Shown here: positions 37,111 through 50,445 of the stretch, in pieces
Layout of the letters: every line of letters starts with the position of its first letter
How positions within the stretch are numbered: position 1 is the first letter of the stretch
Program-made: the position numbers and the translations under genes
Notes under the pieces: generated by a model
Database searches by the model: none
The model's input: the letters and a program-made list of their open reading frames with translations, nothing else
What the model was told of the DNA's origin: nothing
Assembly (NCBI GenBank): GCA_050575255.1
Contig: JBNZDD010013572.1
Coordinates: 1,296,439 to 1,360,438 of the forward strand
Direction of reading: 5' to 3'
Source of the DNA: Harriotta raleighana
Taxonomy: Eukaryota
Length of the DNA stretch: 64,000 nucleotides

Positions 37111-40100
37111 AATGACAGACTATATGAGATTTTTCTTATTTTTAAACAGATAGCGAGGATTATATTCCTGGTAAAAGAGAGCATATTAACGAGTTTTTTT
37201 TAATATACTCACTTTTAAATCGACTTTCAATGCAAATGTATTGAAAAGTTGACATTACAAACAAAACACTGCTTATGACTGGAGTGACTATATCCTCAAC
37301 TAACTACACAAGAAGCAAAAATTGAGATCGGTAATGATTTGTATGTATCGGGACATTGGAAGCAATTTTGCTTCTGCTGAAAAATTATTTCATGTTGAAA
37401 CCTTGTTTAGCATAAAAATGTTTTGCTACAGCTGAGTTTCAGCATATCGGGAGCTGGCAGGTTGAGTGTTACTGACTGACAGTTTGATGCAAGAGAAAAA
37501 ATGGTTAGTTCAAGTTCAGTTACAGTAAATAGTCATCTCAACATGAAATTGCCACATTCTCAAAATTGATCTGAAGAATCTAAACTCCCAAAAAGCCATA
37601 TTCTGAGCTTTGGAGTCTGGGAAAATGATTTGAATCTGATTGCCTGACCATGGAAAAATTTCGATTTTGATTTGAACTGGATTTGAAGGCTTTTTCTAAG
37701 AAAAAGTTTAATTTATTCAATTCATAAATTAGCAACAACTTGTATTGATATAGTGTACTGATATAGTGCCCTTTACACGAGTAAGCGTCTCAGAACACTT
37801 ACTCCAAAAAACAAATTGATTTTAAGATTGTGTTGAGGTTTTTCTGCTGGCAGTCTTGTTTTCTCTCATTTTCTGCAATGTGTTTCCTTTACTTTTATAT
37901 TAGCAAAGTTATAAGCTTATCCCAATTTTGCTTATTTTAAGGAGCATTATCCTAGCCAAAAAACAAAGCTTACCAGTCGGCTGGCCATTGTAAATAAAAG
38001 ACATTACAATCTACGTCACCTAAACAGACCATTTAGCCCAACCAGCCCACTGCAGTCTTTATATTCTATATGAACATCCACCCAATCCTAATCCCTCCTA
38101 CCTCATTCACATACCCCTCTATTCCTTCTCATCATGTATGCATTGATGGTATTTTCTTGGACATGGACAAACTCATGTCTTCTGCTGGGTAGGACTCCAA
38201 ACATGTGTTTTCTCAATAATTAGGAAGCGAAGAAATGAGAGAGAAAGTTGACTTCAAAAATTGCACATTACCATTTGGACCACACATTCAGTGAGAACGT
38301 CCAGTGTTCCACTGGTGCCAGTGAAATCTACAACTTCAGACTCTTGCATAGTGCTGACAAATTATTAACCATCAGTTTGTTATTGGCACTGGAAAAGGAC
38401 TGCATCCAAACAATGCAAGATTTAGGGGTAATAGTTTCTTTATAGGTAAATATAATTAAAACTCTGCTCCAATTCTTTTGCCAGTTAATTGAGAAAATGC
38501 TATTTGTTATACTGTAGATAGTCTTTTTTATTTGCAAGTTCACAATAAATAGTTTCCATTGTATCAGGATTGCAATTATGTGAATTTGATACTGCTCAAT
38601 TAATTATGTAATCAATCCCTTTGATATAAAGTATGTGTAGACTTTTTTGATATTCTAATAGGGCAGTAACAATTATTCAAAGAGTGAATCAAAAAATGAT
38701 GTTTTACTCTTAAAAAATTCCTGTCTTTTCAAACAACACAAAATAGCTTCGCAATTTTTCCGACACAAAATTATTATTTGAATAAGATTTTCCAAATCAT
38801 GCAATACACAGATTAGAGGAATAATTCGGTTTTAGGGGCATAATTTCATTGATGTCAGGAAAACAAGAAAATTATTCCAATTACGCATTTCGTTACATTG
38901 GAATATTCCTCACGTCAGCACATCACCCCCCCATTTTAACATCCAATGCAAGATTGTACTGTACCCGGTCAATATGCCATGAAAATAAATGTGCAGGATT
39001 GATGATAATGCCTTTAAACTTTGTCATATATAGTTTCTGAATGTATACGCATATCCATCTAGTAGCTTGGAAAGATTCTGTTCTGCTGCGCAACTTAAGT
39101 CATCTGATACAGACATTTGCAGATGATTTAACTGCACAGCATAGATACACCCACTTCAAAGGAGGGCTGAGGCATGAATGTAGAAAATCTCAAGAAGTCT
39201 ATGGACATCTTAAGTGATTAATGGTTTGAGCACTGGTTTTCGAACCAAAGTGGTCTCCAGTTCATGTACTACCACCTTTAATTGCATTTTAGTGCTTTAA
39301 TTTGCGAACATTGAATATTAACTATGGCTTTAATTGAATGATAGAAGCATATTCTGAGAATCCTGATCTCTTTCCCCTCCCCTTCCACTCCAGAAGAGCA
39401 CGGAGAGGGATGAATGTTTGATTAGGATGCAGCAGTACTTTTATCATTTTCTTTTTATCTATTACGTATGATTGTCCCAAAGAGAAACCTTTCAACTTGG
39501 CTGATAGTATGAATTTTATTTACTGGATATTTTTATCTTTCAATGTGCAGTGCAGTGCAATACCACCTGGTGTATGCGTGACTGAGAATGATTAGAGTTT
39601 ATTCTACCCTTCCTTAATATTCATTAAAGGTGGGACATCCATGCTTAAGGAAGCTCAATCAGAAACCAATATCGCCAGAATTCCAAGAGTTGCTCATATA
39701 TTTGCCTGAAAAAAAATCATTATATTTTTATTTCTATTTTAATTATATGAAGGCTTGAAGATTCAACGTCTCATCCAAAGGACGGCACCTTTGGGACAAC
39801 AGCACTTCTCCAGGACTATATTAAACTGTCCCAACTTGGTCAAAAGGGACACAAATGTAAATAAAAAATACAAATCTAACGCCAACATGCTTTTTTTTTG
39901 GTGAGTGAGATTAGGCTCCATTCACCCTCTAAAGATGAATTACACATTCCTTAAGGGAATGAGGGGTGCCGCCAGAGACAATGCTTTTCCCCCAAATTCT
40001 TCTACACCCACATCATTAAATGATGTGGAACTGATACCAGTCTTCATGACCACACCTGAGCAAATCCGGAGACCTGATCACATCTCAGGCAAGCTTGGCC

Positions 40101-40451
40101 TCAGCCTAGTGATCAAATGCTCACTTTAGGTCTGCATTCAGTATCTCCACTTCCTCAATACCAATCCCAGCCAACAACAGATATAGATAGACAGTTTGAA
40201 CCCGAGCTCCTCCTCCTGTGTTGCTTCATGAGGAGAGTCAGTTATAGAATTGTAAACACAAGCGAATCCCAACAAGAGATCTATCTGGCAGCAGCACAGC
40301 CTAATGGAGTAACTGATAAACTTCCTGAGGAAGGCCGCCTCTGCGGACTTCATATTAGAGAGCCCACCGCTCTTTCTCTTGCTCATCGTGTGTGTTGGGA
40401 AGAAGTGGGGTGGAGGGAGAGGAAAGGGGGCCCTCAGCAGCCTGGCATGCG

Positions 40452-41268
40452 TTACGTCAAAGGGAAACCCTTTACAAAAATGAAACAGCCATGTTACCTC
40501 GCGCTGGTTTATTCGGTTTAAAACGGTTTCTTCTCCCCGATGTCGCTGTTGCTCCTAAAATGGTGGACGGTTCAGATCTGGTGCCGAACGGACAGCAAAA
40601 GAAGGGTGGGAGACAAGCAGTNATTACGTCAAAGGGAAACCCTTTACAAAAATGAAACAGCCGTGTTACCTCGCGCTGGTTTATTCGGTTTAAAGCGGTT
40701 TCTTCTCCCCGATGTCGCTGTTGCTCCTAAAATGGTGGACGGCTCAGATCTGGTGCCGAACGGACAGCAAAAGAAGGGTGGGAGACAAGCAGTGGGAAAG
40801 GGGGTCGTGCGACACGGATTCTTTGATGCCCGGACCACAAAGCTGACGAGGGCACTGCCATCGGCAATAGTGATGGGGGGGGTGTCACCTGATGCGGGCT
40901 GAGCTCCCCATTGACCTGCTGCAGGCATTGTCTGCAGGCTAATGATCAAGTGCAGGACGTCCTCCCGACATGAAAGGCTCTCTACCAATGTAATTTTGTT
41001 GTTGTTGTTGCAGGCTGCAGGCCCGGTTACTAAACCATTTTGGAATATCCTCAATTGTTTNTGATGGGGGGTGTCACCTGATGCGGGCTGAGCTCCCCAT
41101 TGACCTGCTGCAGGCATTGTCTGCAGGCTGCAGGCTAATGATCAAGTGCAGGACGTCCTCCCGACATGAAAGGCTCTCTACCAATGTAATTTTGTTGTTG
41201 TTATTGTTGTTGTTGTTGCAGGCTGCAGGCCCGGTTACTAAACCATTTTGGAATATCCTCAATTGTTT
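40452..41268. other. Two overlap duplications across N 40622 (~170 bp) and N 41061 (~190-207 bp)
   Basis: Copies differ by SNPs, poly-G length, a tgcaggc indel and (TTG)n length, which is haplotype-like. Confidence 0.85.
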
Positions 41269-41914
41269 CACTTCCTTGTCTCTGTTGGGGCAAGTAATAA
41301 GACTACAGAATATGCTTTCATTAGATTCTATCCCTTTCTTATTCATGCACCAGAAGTTCGTAAGTAATGACAAGCCAGACAATAGATCTTGTCCAGTACT
41401 TGTACATTTTACAAGTATTAGACAAGATCTATCGGTAATTAGCCAAATCAAAAGTGATGCGATTAGACAGCAGAGTGAATATCAGTGCATTGCATGGCAA
41501 ATGGCCACAATTCGCGAATTAAAGTAACTGATCAAACCAGCATTATTCACATTTTTATTTACACTGGCCTGCATTTCCTGTATTAGAAAGCAAACTTGAA
41601 AAGTATCTTATCTAGAAATGTAGCTCTACGGTCATATGAATCATGCAGCCACACATGACACACTGCTTTCATGTACATATCACTGTATTAAATACGTTTT
41701 TCATTCTTCCTGGCCCTCATTATCACTGGACTGGATAACCATAGGTGAAAATCGACCTTTGATTCACTTTTATGTGAATGTTCTTTGGCATTCTCCTGCG
41801 CATTGTTGAGCAAGTAATTTGCAACAGGGCCAGTCAACTTAAATCAGAATTCTGAGACTCGACTCTGCATGAAAGGTGGTTTATAATTACAAGTGGTTGT
41901 TGTTGTTGTTAAAT

Positions 41915-43050
41915 ACAACAAAAACAACAACTTGTGCTTACATAGCGCCCTCCATGCCGGGTAGCATCTCAGAGGGCTTTCAGGTGGGACTTGAAAAAGT
42001 GGAGAGGTAGGTGCAGCAGAGAGATTAAGGGACAGTGTTCTAGAGTTTGGGGGCATAGTGACTCAAATCGCAACCTCCTTTATGGGGTAGAGGGTGCAAG
42101 AGACGAGCACTAGGCCGGTGCCAATCGAGTGGAGGCCCCGGATAGTGGTTTGGGGAGTGAGGAGGTTGGAGAAGTAGAGAGATGCTAGGGAGTGAGTGGA
42201 ATTAAACACAAGTGTGAGAATTGTGAAGTCTATCAGTTCAGTGATGGGGAGCCATTGGAGTCTGGCCAGAACTGGTGGGAAGTGGGTACGGAGTTTGGTC
42301 CAGGTCAGTAGGTGGGCCACATAGTTCTGAATTAGCTGGATCTTTTGGATGGTGGAGCTGGGGAGACCGGCAAGGTTTGTGTAATCCAAGTGGGAGGTGA
42401 CAAATGCATGCACAAGGGTTTTGGCTGCATTTGGGATAATGTATGGACAGGGTGGAGAAAGGTGGTCCTGGTCAAGGACTTTATCTGGGGGAGGAATGAC
42501 AGCTGGGGGTGGAACCCAAAAGTCTAGATTGCGCAATGGTTCGGTGAGTGTGAGGGAGTGCCAGGAAGTTGGAGGGGTTTAGAATCACAGGAGAGATGAT
42601 GTTGATGGGAGCCAAGGAATATGATTTCTATCTTATCCATGTTCAGCTGCAGAAAGTTTACACTCTTCCAGGCCTTGATGTCTGCCAGACAAGCTGATGG
42701 AACAATGGCGGACCTGGAGTTGCTACTGGAGGAAGCAAAGTAGATTTGTGTGTCATCCACATACAATTGGAATGTTACCCCATGTCTATGATATCGCCCA
42801 GAAGGAGCATATAGATAAGGAAAAGAAGAGTGTCAAGAATGGAGTATTGGTGTATCCCGCAGATAAGCGGGTGGAGGCGGAGGATAAACTGTTTGCTGAG
42901 ATGAAATGGAGGCAGTTGGTTAAGAAGGATTTGAACCATGCGAGTGCAGTATCAATAAGGAAGGTGAGGGAGCAGAGATGGTGGAAGAGAATGGCACAGT
43001 CGACTGTGTCGAATGCGGCAGAGAATCCAAGAGGACAAGGATGCAGAGTG
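41915..43050 (-). mobile_element. L2 LINE 3' fragment with decayed RT
   Basis: MYVDDTQIYF, NFLQLNMDKIE, AKTLVHAFVTSHLDY; (CAA)n tail. Confidence 0.9.
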
Positions 43051-45076
43051 AGCCCTAATAACAGATAGAGAATGAAGTGTCTTGAAGTGGCCTCCCATGT
43101 TACCTTGTTGAAATTGGTTATTACGTCATGTGGTCATTACAAATAGCCCTTGTCTACACGGGACAAAACTTATCTTACTTGAAACAGCATTCATAACAAT
43201 TGTGCAGCCAATTTAGTGAATTGCTTATTGTTCATATTCCTCAATAACTAACTTGGCCAAAATTCTATACTGTGTCTCCTTGAACTTACATGCAGCGCCT
43301 GTCTGATTTGACTGTCACCCTGGAAAGCCTGCTTATATCTTCATTAAATTCAATGAAGCATGAAGATATTGAATAAAGAGAGAATATCAAGATGACAGAT
43401 AGAATAGGTGGGATGAATTTTAAATATTTATTTTTAATTTGGATTTTTTTTAACAATGTATAGATTTATTCATATACTCTTGCAATGTTAAGTGGTGTTC
43501 TTTTCGGTCTGTGTGAATTAAAACATTTTGTTTAAAAAAAAACCTATGCCAGGCCTGAATGGGTTGGCATTTTGAGGGTTAATATCTGAGCAGGTGGTAA
43601 CTGTTCAAAGGATTGCTGTGAAAGATTTTTTAATAATGTAAAGTAAATCTATGTGGTGCAGGAACTCATTTTTAAGTACTTCCCTATGGACATTTCATTT
43701 ACTAATAAACAATTCCTATGTGCTATACTGCAGTATAGGAATCCTTGACTTGGGGGATTTTCATTTCAAAAGCTGCTATTTCTACGATAAAATATTAAAT
43801 TAAAGCTTGACAACCATGGAATTCTCAGAATTTACTTTGTTAAAATTGGGCTCTTGAGGAGACCATTGGGGTCAGTTCTTGAAGGGAATTGTTCTCACTT
43901 TGAAATGCTTCAAATCCAGCCAGCGAGCTTCATTTGGGTGATGCTAAGCAAGGAGACAAAAGAAGAGCTTTCTTCTCTTGAGCATTTCATGCATTTCCTC
44001 TGATGACATTATCTCTCCAATCCTTCATCATTTTCACAAAAACTGAATCAAGTGAAAAAGAGTCTCTGTTGTAAAATTGCATTGTATTGATGCAACAATT
44101 GGCTTCTTCATGTCTCTCTTGATCATGGGTGGGCTTATCTGCTCATTTTCACCCCAATTCCTTCCTCATTTCAGTGGATATTCTGCATGTGCCTAGACTG
44201 TAAATGACTGTTGTCTAGTTATTGAACCATGACGATTATCAATTTAGCCTGGCCTTGCTCTCACCAGCTATCCAAACATGTGTATTTTCAGGCAGGAGTT
44301 AGACAGAATAAATGGTAAAACTTGCATTTTAAAACACTGAGCATTTAGCAAGTAACTGTCATGGTAACCTTTTGTGTAGGCAAATGCAGTAGCCATTTTA
44401 CATAGAATTACATAGACTGTACAACACCAAAACAAACTTGTGTTCATACTCTACATGATCTATACGAGGAAACTCTACAGCTCTCCTCATCTCCTTTCCT
44501 ATCCCCTCCCATACTCTGGATACGTATATATATATATAAATATATATATCTATCAATAAGATACACAAGCAGCCACGAAGTTAATGGTTAATTAATCCAG
44601 AGCACTGTTGGCCAGGACTCTGGGAGAAATTTCTTTCTCTTTTCAAACCATGCCATGGGATCTTTAATATCTACACATCAAATTCAAGGATCATCTGAAT
44701 GTGGCAGAGAATTGGAGTGTTGATATTCCATACATTAAATTGTTAATCAAAGCACCACTATAATCATTAAATATTTCAACATGAAAACAGGCTCAACTTG
44801 ATCAACTTCATTCTCCCACAGCACCCAAATCTGTTTAATATTCCTCCTCTTCAAGAATCCATCCCATTCCCCTTTTGAATAAAACTGCGGAATCTACTTG
44901 AAATCACATTCCAGAACCACACTCTGGGTGAAGATTTTTTTCTCCAATCTCACCTTGACTTCCTCTGTGATTCTCTTCAAATTGTTTTCTTTTGTTACTG
45001 AAATTACTAATACCCTGACTGTAATCTGTAAAAATCGCCACAAACCAAGAATGGAAATCGCAATCTTCTGGATTTC

Positions 45077-45825
45077 ATAGAATCATAGAAGGTTATGGCA
45101 CAGAAGGAGGCCATTTGGCCCATCAAGTCTTTTTGCTCTTTGACAGAACAATGTCACTTTTATTAACACCAATCACCAGCTTTCTCCCCATAACCCTGCA
45201 AACCCATCTTCCCCAGATACCTATCTAGTTCTCTCTTAAAAGCTGCTATCGAATCGGACCTCACTACCCTTTCAGGCAGATCATTCCAAATTCGAACAAC
45301 AAGCTGAGTAAAAAAAATCTTCTAACCTCCCCTCTGCTTCTTTTGGTAGATATCTTAAGACTGTGACCACGGGTCACAGACACAGCTACCAGCGGAAACA
45401 GCTTTTCCCTATCTAGCCTGTGGAAACCTTTCATGATCTTGAAGACCTCTATCAGGTCCCCGCGTAACCTTCTCTGCTCTAATGGGAAAAGTCCTAACTT
45501 CTCCAGCCTGTCCTCATAGCTAAGGTTCCCCATTCCTGGTATTATTCTTGTGAATCTCCTCTGCACCCTTTCCGGTGCCTTAAAGTCCTTCCTGAAGTAA
45601 GGTGCCCAGAACTGGATGCAGTACTCCAGCTGAGGCCTAAACCAGTGTTTTGTATAGATTAACCATAACCTCCCTACTCTTATACTCTATGCAGCTACTA
45701 ATAAAGCTCAGTACACCAAATGCCTTTTTTACTGCCTTATCTACCTGCCTTGCTTCCTTTAATGATTCGCTTACTTGAACACCCAGATCTCTCTGTACGT
45801 TCACCCCCTTTAAGATTTTGTTATT
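45077..45825 (-). mobile_element. 5'-truncated CR1 LINE, well preserved
   Basis: QRRFTRIIPGMGNLSYEDRLEKLGLFPLEQRRLRGDLIEVFKIMKG; QRDLGVQV..AVKKAFGVLSFI; (catagaat)2 tail. Confidence 0.95.
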
Positions 45826-48254
45826 GAAATTACTAATACCCTGACTGTAATCTGACTGCCACAAACCAAGAATGGAAATCGCAATCTTCTGGATTTCCTC
45901 TGTGGTTTAGTTTCACACTAGCCAATGCTTTACCAACTGAATTGCTGAAAGAGTCACATATTACACCAATTGTGTCATCGAAGGAGCAAGATACATGAAG
46001 TTTCAGACTTTCCAGGTTGGTATTGACTAAATAAACATGCATGATGTTGAAAACTGATTTAAAGACTGTTTGACTCCATGACTCTTCCCATGGCTGTCAA
46101 AGCAATAGTAGCCATTAATTTGTTTACAACAAGAACAACAAAATTACACTTCTACAGCGCCTTTCATGTCGGGAGGACGAGAGGGTCTTTCAAGACATCA
46201 AGAAGTGATTTTTCAGGCACCGAACAAGAAGTTAAGTCTACGTGTATTCAAGCGGTGATTAATGCACTGTTTTGTAAAGCTTACAGGTTCATCTGTTTCC
46301 ATAAGAGTGTAGAGAAACAACATGTAGAGCTGCAACAATGTTCTGGCTCCACATTGTGCTGGCTGTGATAAGCCATATGTCCATACAGATACAGATGGTA
46401 TTGATTAATCTGATGGCATGCATCCATTCCTTCAATGGGTCAATTTTGTGGATTCAATAATTAGATACTTGGATGTACTTGGATATGTGAGAATTGAAAC
46501 CCTCCCCCACTGTCCACCCCGCCCCCCACCACCATGGCCACCTGTGATTGTATACTTTATAAGTGAACGCAGAAATTCAAATTGTGACTTGTACAGTTTG
46601 CTGCAAACCAGGCTTTGCTGAATCAAATTAAGTGTCATAGTCCCGACTGATACAATTTATGTAGTTTTTCTTTATTTGCATTAATAACACCTTTTACCTT
46701 TTTTTAATCTGTCTTGCTCTGAATAACCCACTTGAGTCAGGATTTGATTCATTGCTAAATTATTTCTCACTGTTCTTTTGGCCACTGAAGTGTTTTCTTA
46801 TCTGCCCCATGCTCAATCCACTGGACCCAAGTCCCCTCCACCCGCAAGGAGAGTGCCTTACAAGTAGTGGGGTGGGGGTTGGTAGGGCACAGTTTGTTGT
46901 AAAAATAAACACTGTCTTGACCAAGGCCACAAGAAGCACTACCACTTTTGTTCATTATTGTCTAATTGTGGACCAGATGAATGTCATAATGAGTGTCAAT
47001 AATCTGCAGCATTTCATACCATCCTATAAATTGGTCTAAATAATTTGATTGCTTCCTAATTGTCTATCTTCAAACAGATAACATACCAGAGAGCTACAGT
47101 AGGTAGATGTCCTTGCCCTGACTTTCAAACAGCAGCTGGAGTTGTGATGCAGTTTAAACTTGTGCTTTGGGGAATGTTAGAACCTGATCAAGAAATAAAA
47201 GGTAAATTTGTACTTTCACGTGTCCAGGTTTATATTTATTTCACAAATATTGAAACCTACGCCAATATCTTTGAGCAAAACAGTGCGAGACAGCACACAT
47301 GACCTCATGACTTGTGCTGCACAAACTGCGCCTGGAAACAAAGCAAAGAAAGAAGTTAACTCTTTGATGGCAGGAGTGGCAGCACAAAGTCAAAATACAG
47401 AACTGTATTACAGTAGTGTATTTAATTTTATTTGCAAAATATCATGAATCAGAAGGACACTTCAATCTGATGGGATGAATCACATCACAAATCACCTTCA
47501 CTTCAAATGCACAATATGGTACTATAATATATATGAGGCATAGTGTTTGTTCCTGTAAAAATAGATTTGCTCGACATTTTATACATACTTGCATCTATCC
47601 TTAAATTCAATATTTCATCTTTTACATAGGCAGGTCGTCTCAAAGGCACTTCACAGGGTTCACAAAAGAGTGCATTGACTATGATTTTTTAGATGAACAC
47701 GGCAGCCAATTTGTACACTCCCTTCTCCTTTTTGTTATGAAGACTGTGCTTCTTTAAGAGCTAACCTTTTCCAGGGACCATGTAATGGAATGGTTTGCAA
47801 ACTATGGGATAATTAATTGATGGTGATCTATTAATTAACACTGGTAATTAAATTAGGGTTATGGTTATTAACTGGTCCCTTGGTGTGCCCCCATACCCTT
47901 CTCATTGGCCTTGCCTGGGAATCAAGCTGTGTGATGCTTTGGATTTGCGGATCGGGGCCAACTCAATTGCCAATTGCAGTAGTGGGATTCCATCTTAATT
48001 TGAAAGCTCAAATGTTCATTTTAATATTACTATTTCCTACATAAGTTACATTGTTCTTTACTTACCTACAGTCTCTTCTTCTCAAGTCACAACATTAATT
48101 TTGAAGATTGGAGAAAGATGAAGATGAAGAGGGTTTTCAGCCCATTTGATGGCATCCTTCCACATAATCCATCATCCTATGAGTCAAGCAGCCTTGCCTC
48201 AACTACCCTTTGTAGTACCTATTCCAATCCTTAATTACTCTCTGGGAAAGAGTA

Positions 48255-48566
48255 CTAATAATAATAATCCTTGCATTTGATATATATGATTTTCACATCT
48301 TCTATATGTCTCAAAGTGCTTCACAGAATATACTGTTAAGTGAATTGACTGTATATTTGTGGGAAAAACACGACAGCCAATTGCACACAGTAGTATGCCA
48401 CAAACAGTTGTAGATTGAAGTGACCAATTTATTATTTTTTTCATGAGGGATCATTATCTGACATGCAGAGTAAGGAAACTTGCCCAAGGTTTTCCCTGCC
48501 TGGAATTGAACCCAGGTCTCTCGCTTGTGAGGCGAGTGCTCTAACCACTGAGCTACAGGACTCCAC
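48255..48566 (-). mobile_element. tRNA-Deu SINE, full length
   Basis: Complete head, core and tail; possible short TSD actaa. Confidence 0.9.
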
Positions 48567-48691
48567 TAAATAAACACTTCCTGGTTTCTGTCCTGAAATT
48601 ATCCTTTGCAACTTAAGACCCATGCTTACTGTTTTCATGCATCTAAGAGAATTGTTCTGGATTTACATTTTCAATCCTATTTAAAATGTTA

Positions 48692-49145
48692 CATATAGAA
48701 TCATAGAATCATACAGCACAGATGGAGGCCATTCGTCCCATTGTGCCTGTACCGGGACTTTGAAAGGACTACCCAATTAGTTCAATTTCCCCATTCTTTT
48801 CCCATAGCTTCAGAATTTATTCCTTTTCAAGTGTATATCCAGTTCCCTAATGAAAGTTATTATTGTATCTGCTTCCACCACCCTTTCAAAGCAGTGCATT
48901 ACAGATTGTAAAAACTTGCTGCTAACAACAATTTCTCCTTATTTCCCCATTGATTTTGTTTGCCAATTATCCTAAATCAGTATCCCATGGTCACCACCAC
49001 CCCACTCCCATACCCCCACCAAATCCCAGTGAAAACAGTTGCTCCATATCTACTTTATCAAAAAACCTCATCATTTTGAACACCTCTATTAAATCTCCCC
49101 TTAACCTTCTCTGCTCTTAGGAGAGCACTCCCAGCTTCTCCAGTA
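48692..49145 (-). mobile_element. CR1 LINE 3' end
   Basis: (atagaatc)n tail, ggaggccattcgtccc, aaatctccccttaaccttctctgctc (antisense EQRRLRGDL). Confidence 0.85.
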
Positions 49146-49658
49146 AATCTCTATAAGGTGAATTGCTTGATGAATTGACCATATTTTCAGGGATCATTTG
49201 TGGGTTTTCTGCAAATAATAGGGAGTAGCATTTCAGTATTGCTTTACCAGACACAAATTTTATTTCATCAATAATAATGATCACATCAATATTTACATTT
49301 TTCACCCCAATAGCTGAAAGGAATAGCCCATAAACTACACCCACCTCCAACACTTAGCTAATGGATATACTTCCGCATTTCTGCAAGNTAGGAGAGCACT
49401 CCCAGCTTCTCCAGTAAATCTCTATAAGGTGAATTGCTTGATGAATTGACCATATTTTCAGGGATCATTTGTGGGTTTTCTGCAAATAATAGGGAGTAGC
49501 ATTTCAGTATTGCTTTACCAGACACAAATTTTATTTCATCAATAATAATGATCACATCAATATTTACATTTTTCACCCCAATAGCTGAAAGGAATAGCCC
49601 ATAAACTACACCCACCTCCAACACTTAGCTAATGGATATACTTCCGCATTTCTGCAAG
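49118..49658. other. 270-bp overlap duplication across N 49388
   Basis: Identical copies; duplicated ORF MLEVGVVYG.. Confidence 0.9.
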
Positions 49659-49674
49659 CTGCAGAAGTGGAATT

Positions 49675-50445
49675 CTAAATAATAATATAAAAAAATTTAG
49701 TGTCTCTCACATTGGGAGGAAATCTCAAATCGCTTCAGGGGATATTACTGAAAAGTGCTGTGACTATATTTTGGGGGCAAGAAATGTAGCAGCCAATTTA
49801 CACATAGCCAACAATCTCCATCCCACAAAGGGCTATGACATGAATGACCAATTTTATCTCGGAGATTGTTGGCTAAAACACTATACGAAACTCTTGACTT
49901 TTCAAATATGGCCATGGGATCTTTAACATCCTGAGCAAGCTGCCTACACCTTGGTTTAATGTCTCATCCAACGCATGGCACCACCTACCATCCTGAATAC
50001 GCCCAGTATTCAGTTCTCAGCTGAAGACCTATCTTTTCAATCGTGCCTTCGGTCACCATTTTTCCCCCTCCCTCGGGCCCGGGATCCATTATTGTGAAGT
50101 GCTCTGAGACGCCTTCCTTCGTGGAGGACATTATGTAAATCAAAGTTGTTGTTGTTGTTTTATTACTTTGACGTATGAGCAAGTCCATGTTTTTGAATAT
50201 TACTTTAAGACTTTGATTGGCAAATGGACATTGACAATGAGAAGCAAGTATGAAAGGTTTCTGGGATAGTGACTGGGCAGATTATGGAAAAGAGTTGAAG
50301 TGTAAGGTTTAAATAAAGGAACCAGTAAATCTAAACTGTTATGTGATTGGCAATTGCATATGTGAGTTGGATGTCTCAGTATGGGAATTGAACCCACAAC
50401 CTTCTGACTTGCAGGCTAGAGTTCTACCAATTGAGCCAGGCTGAG
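49675..50445. mobile_element. Old minus-strand DeuSINE split by a plus-strand L2 3' end (about 49990-50160)
   Basis: ccatgggatctttaacatcc..ggtttaatgtctcatcc, then the L2 tail, then gaacccacaaccttctgac head. Confidence 0.7.

Noticed and set aside
43723-43738. 16-bp perfect palindrome ctatactgcagtatag
   Set aside because: 8-bp arms are expected roughly once by chance in 64 kb of AT-rich DNA
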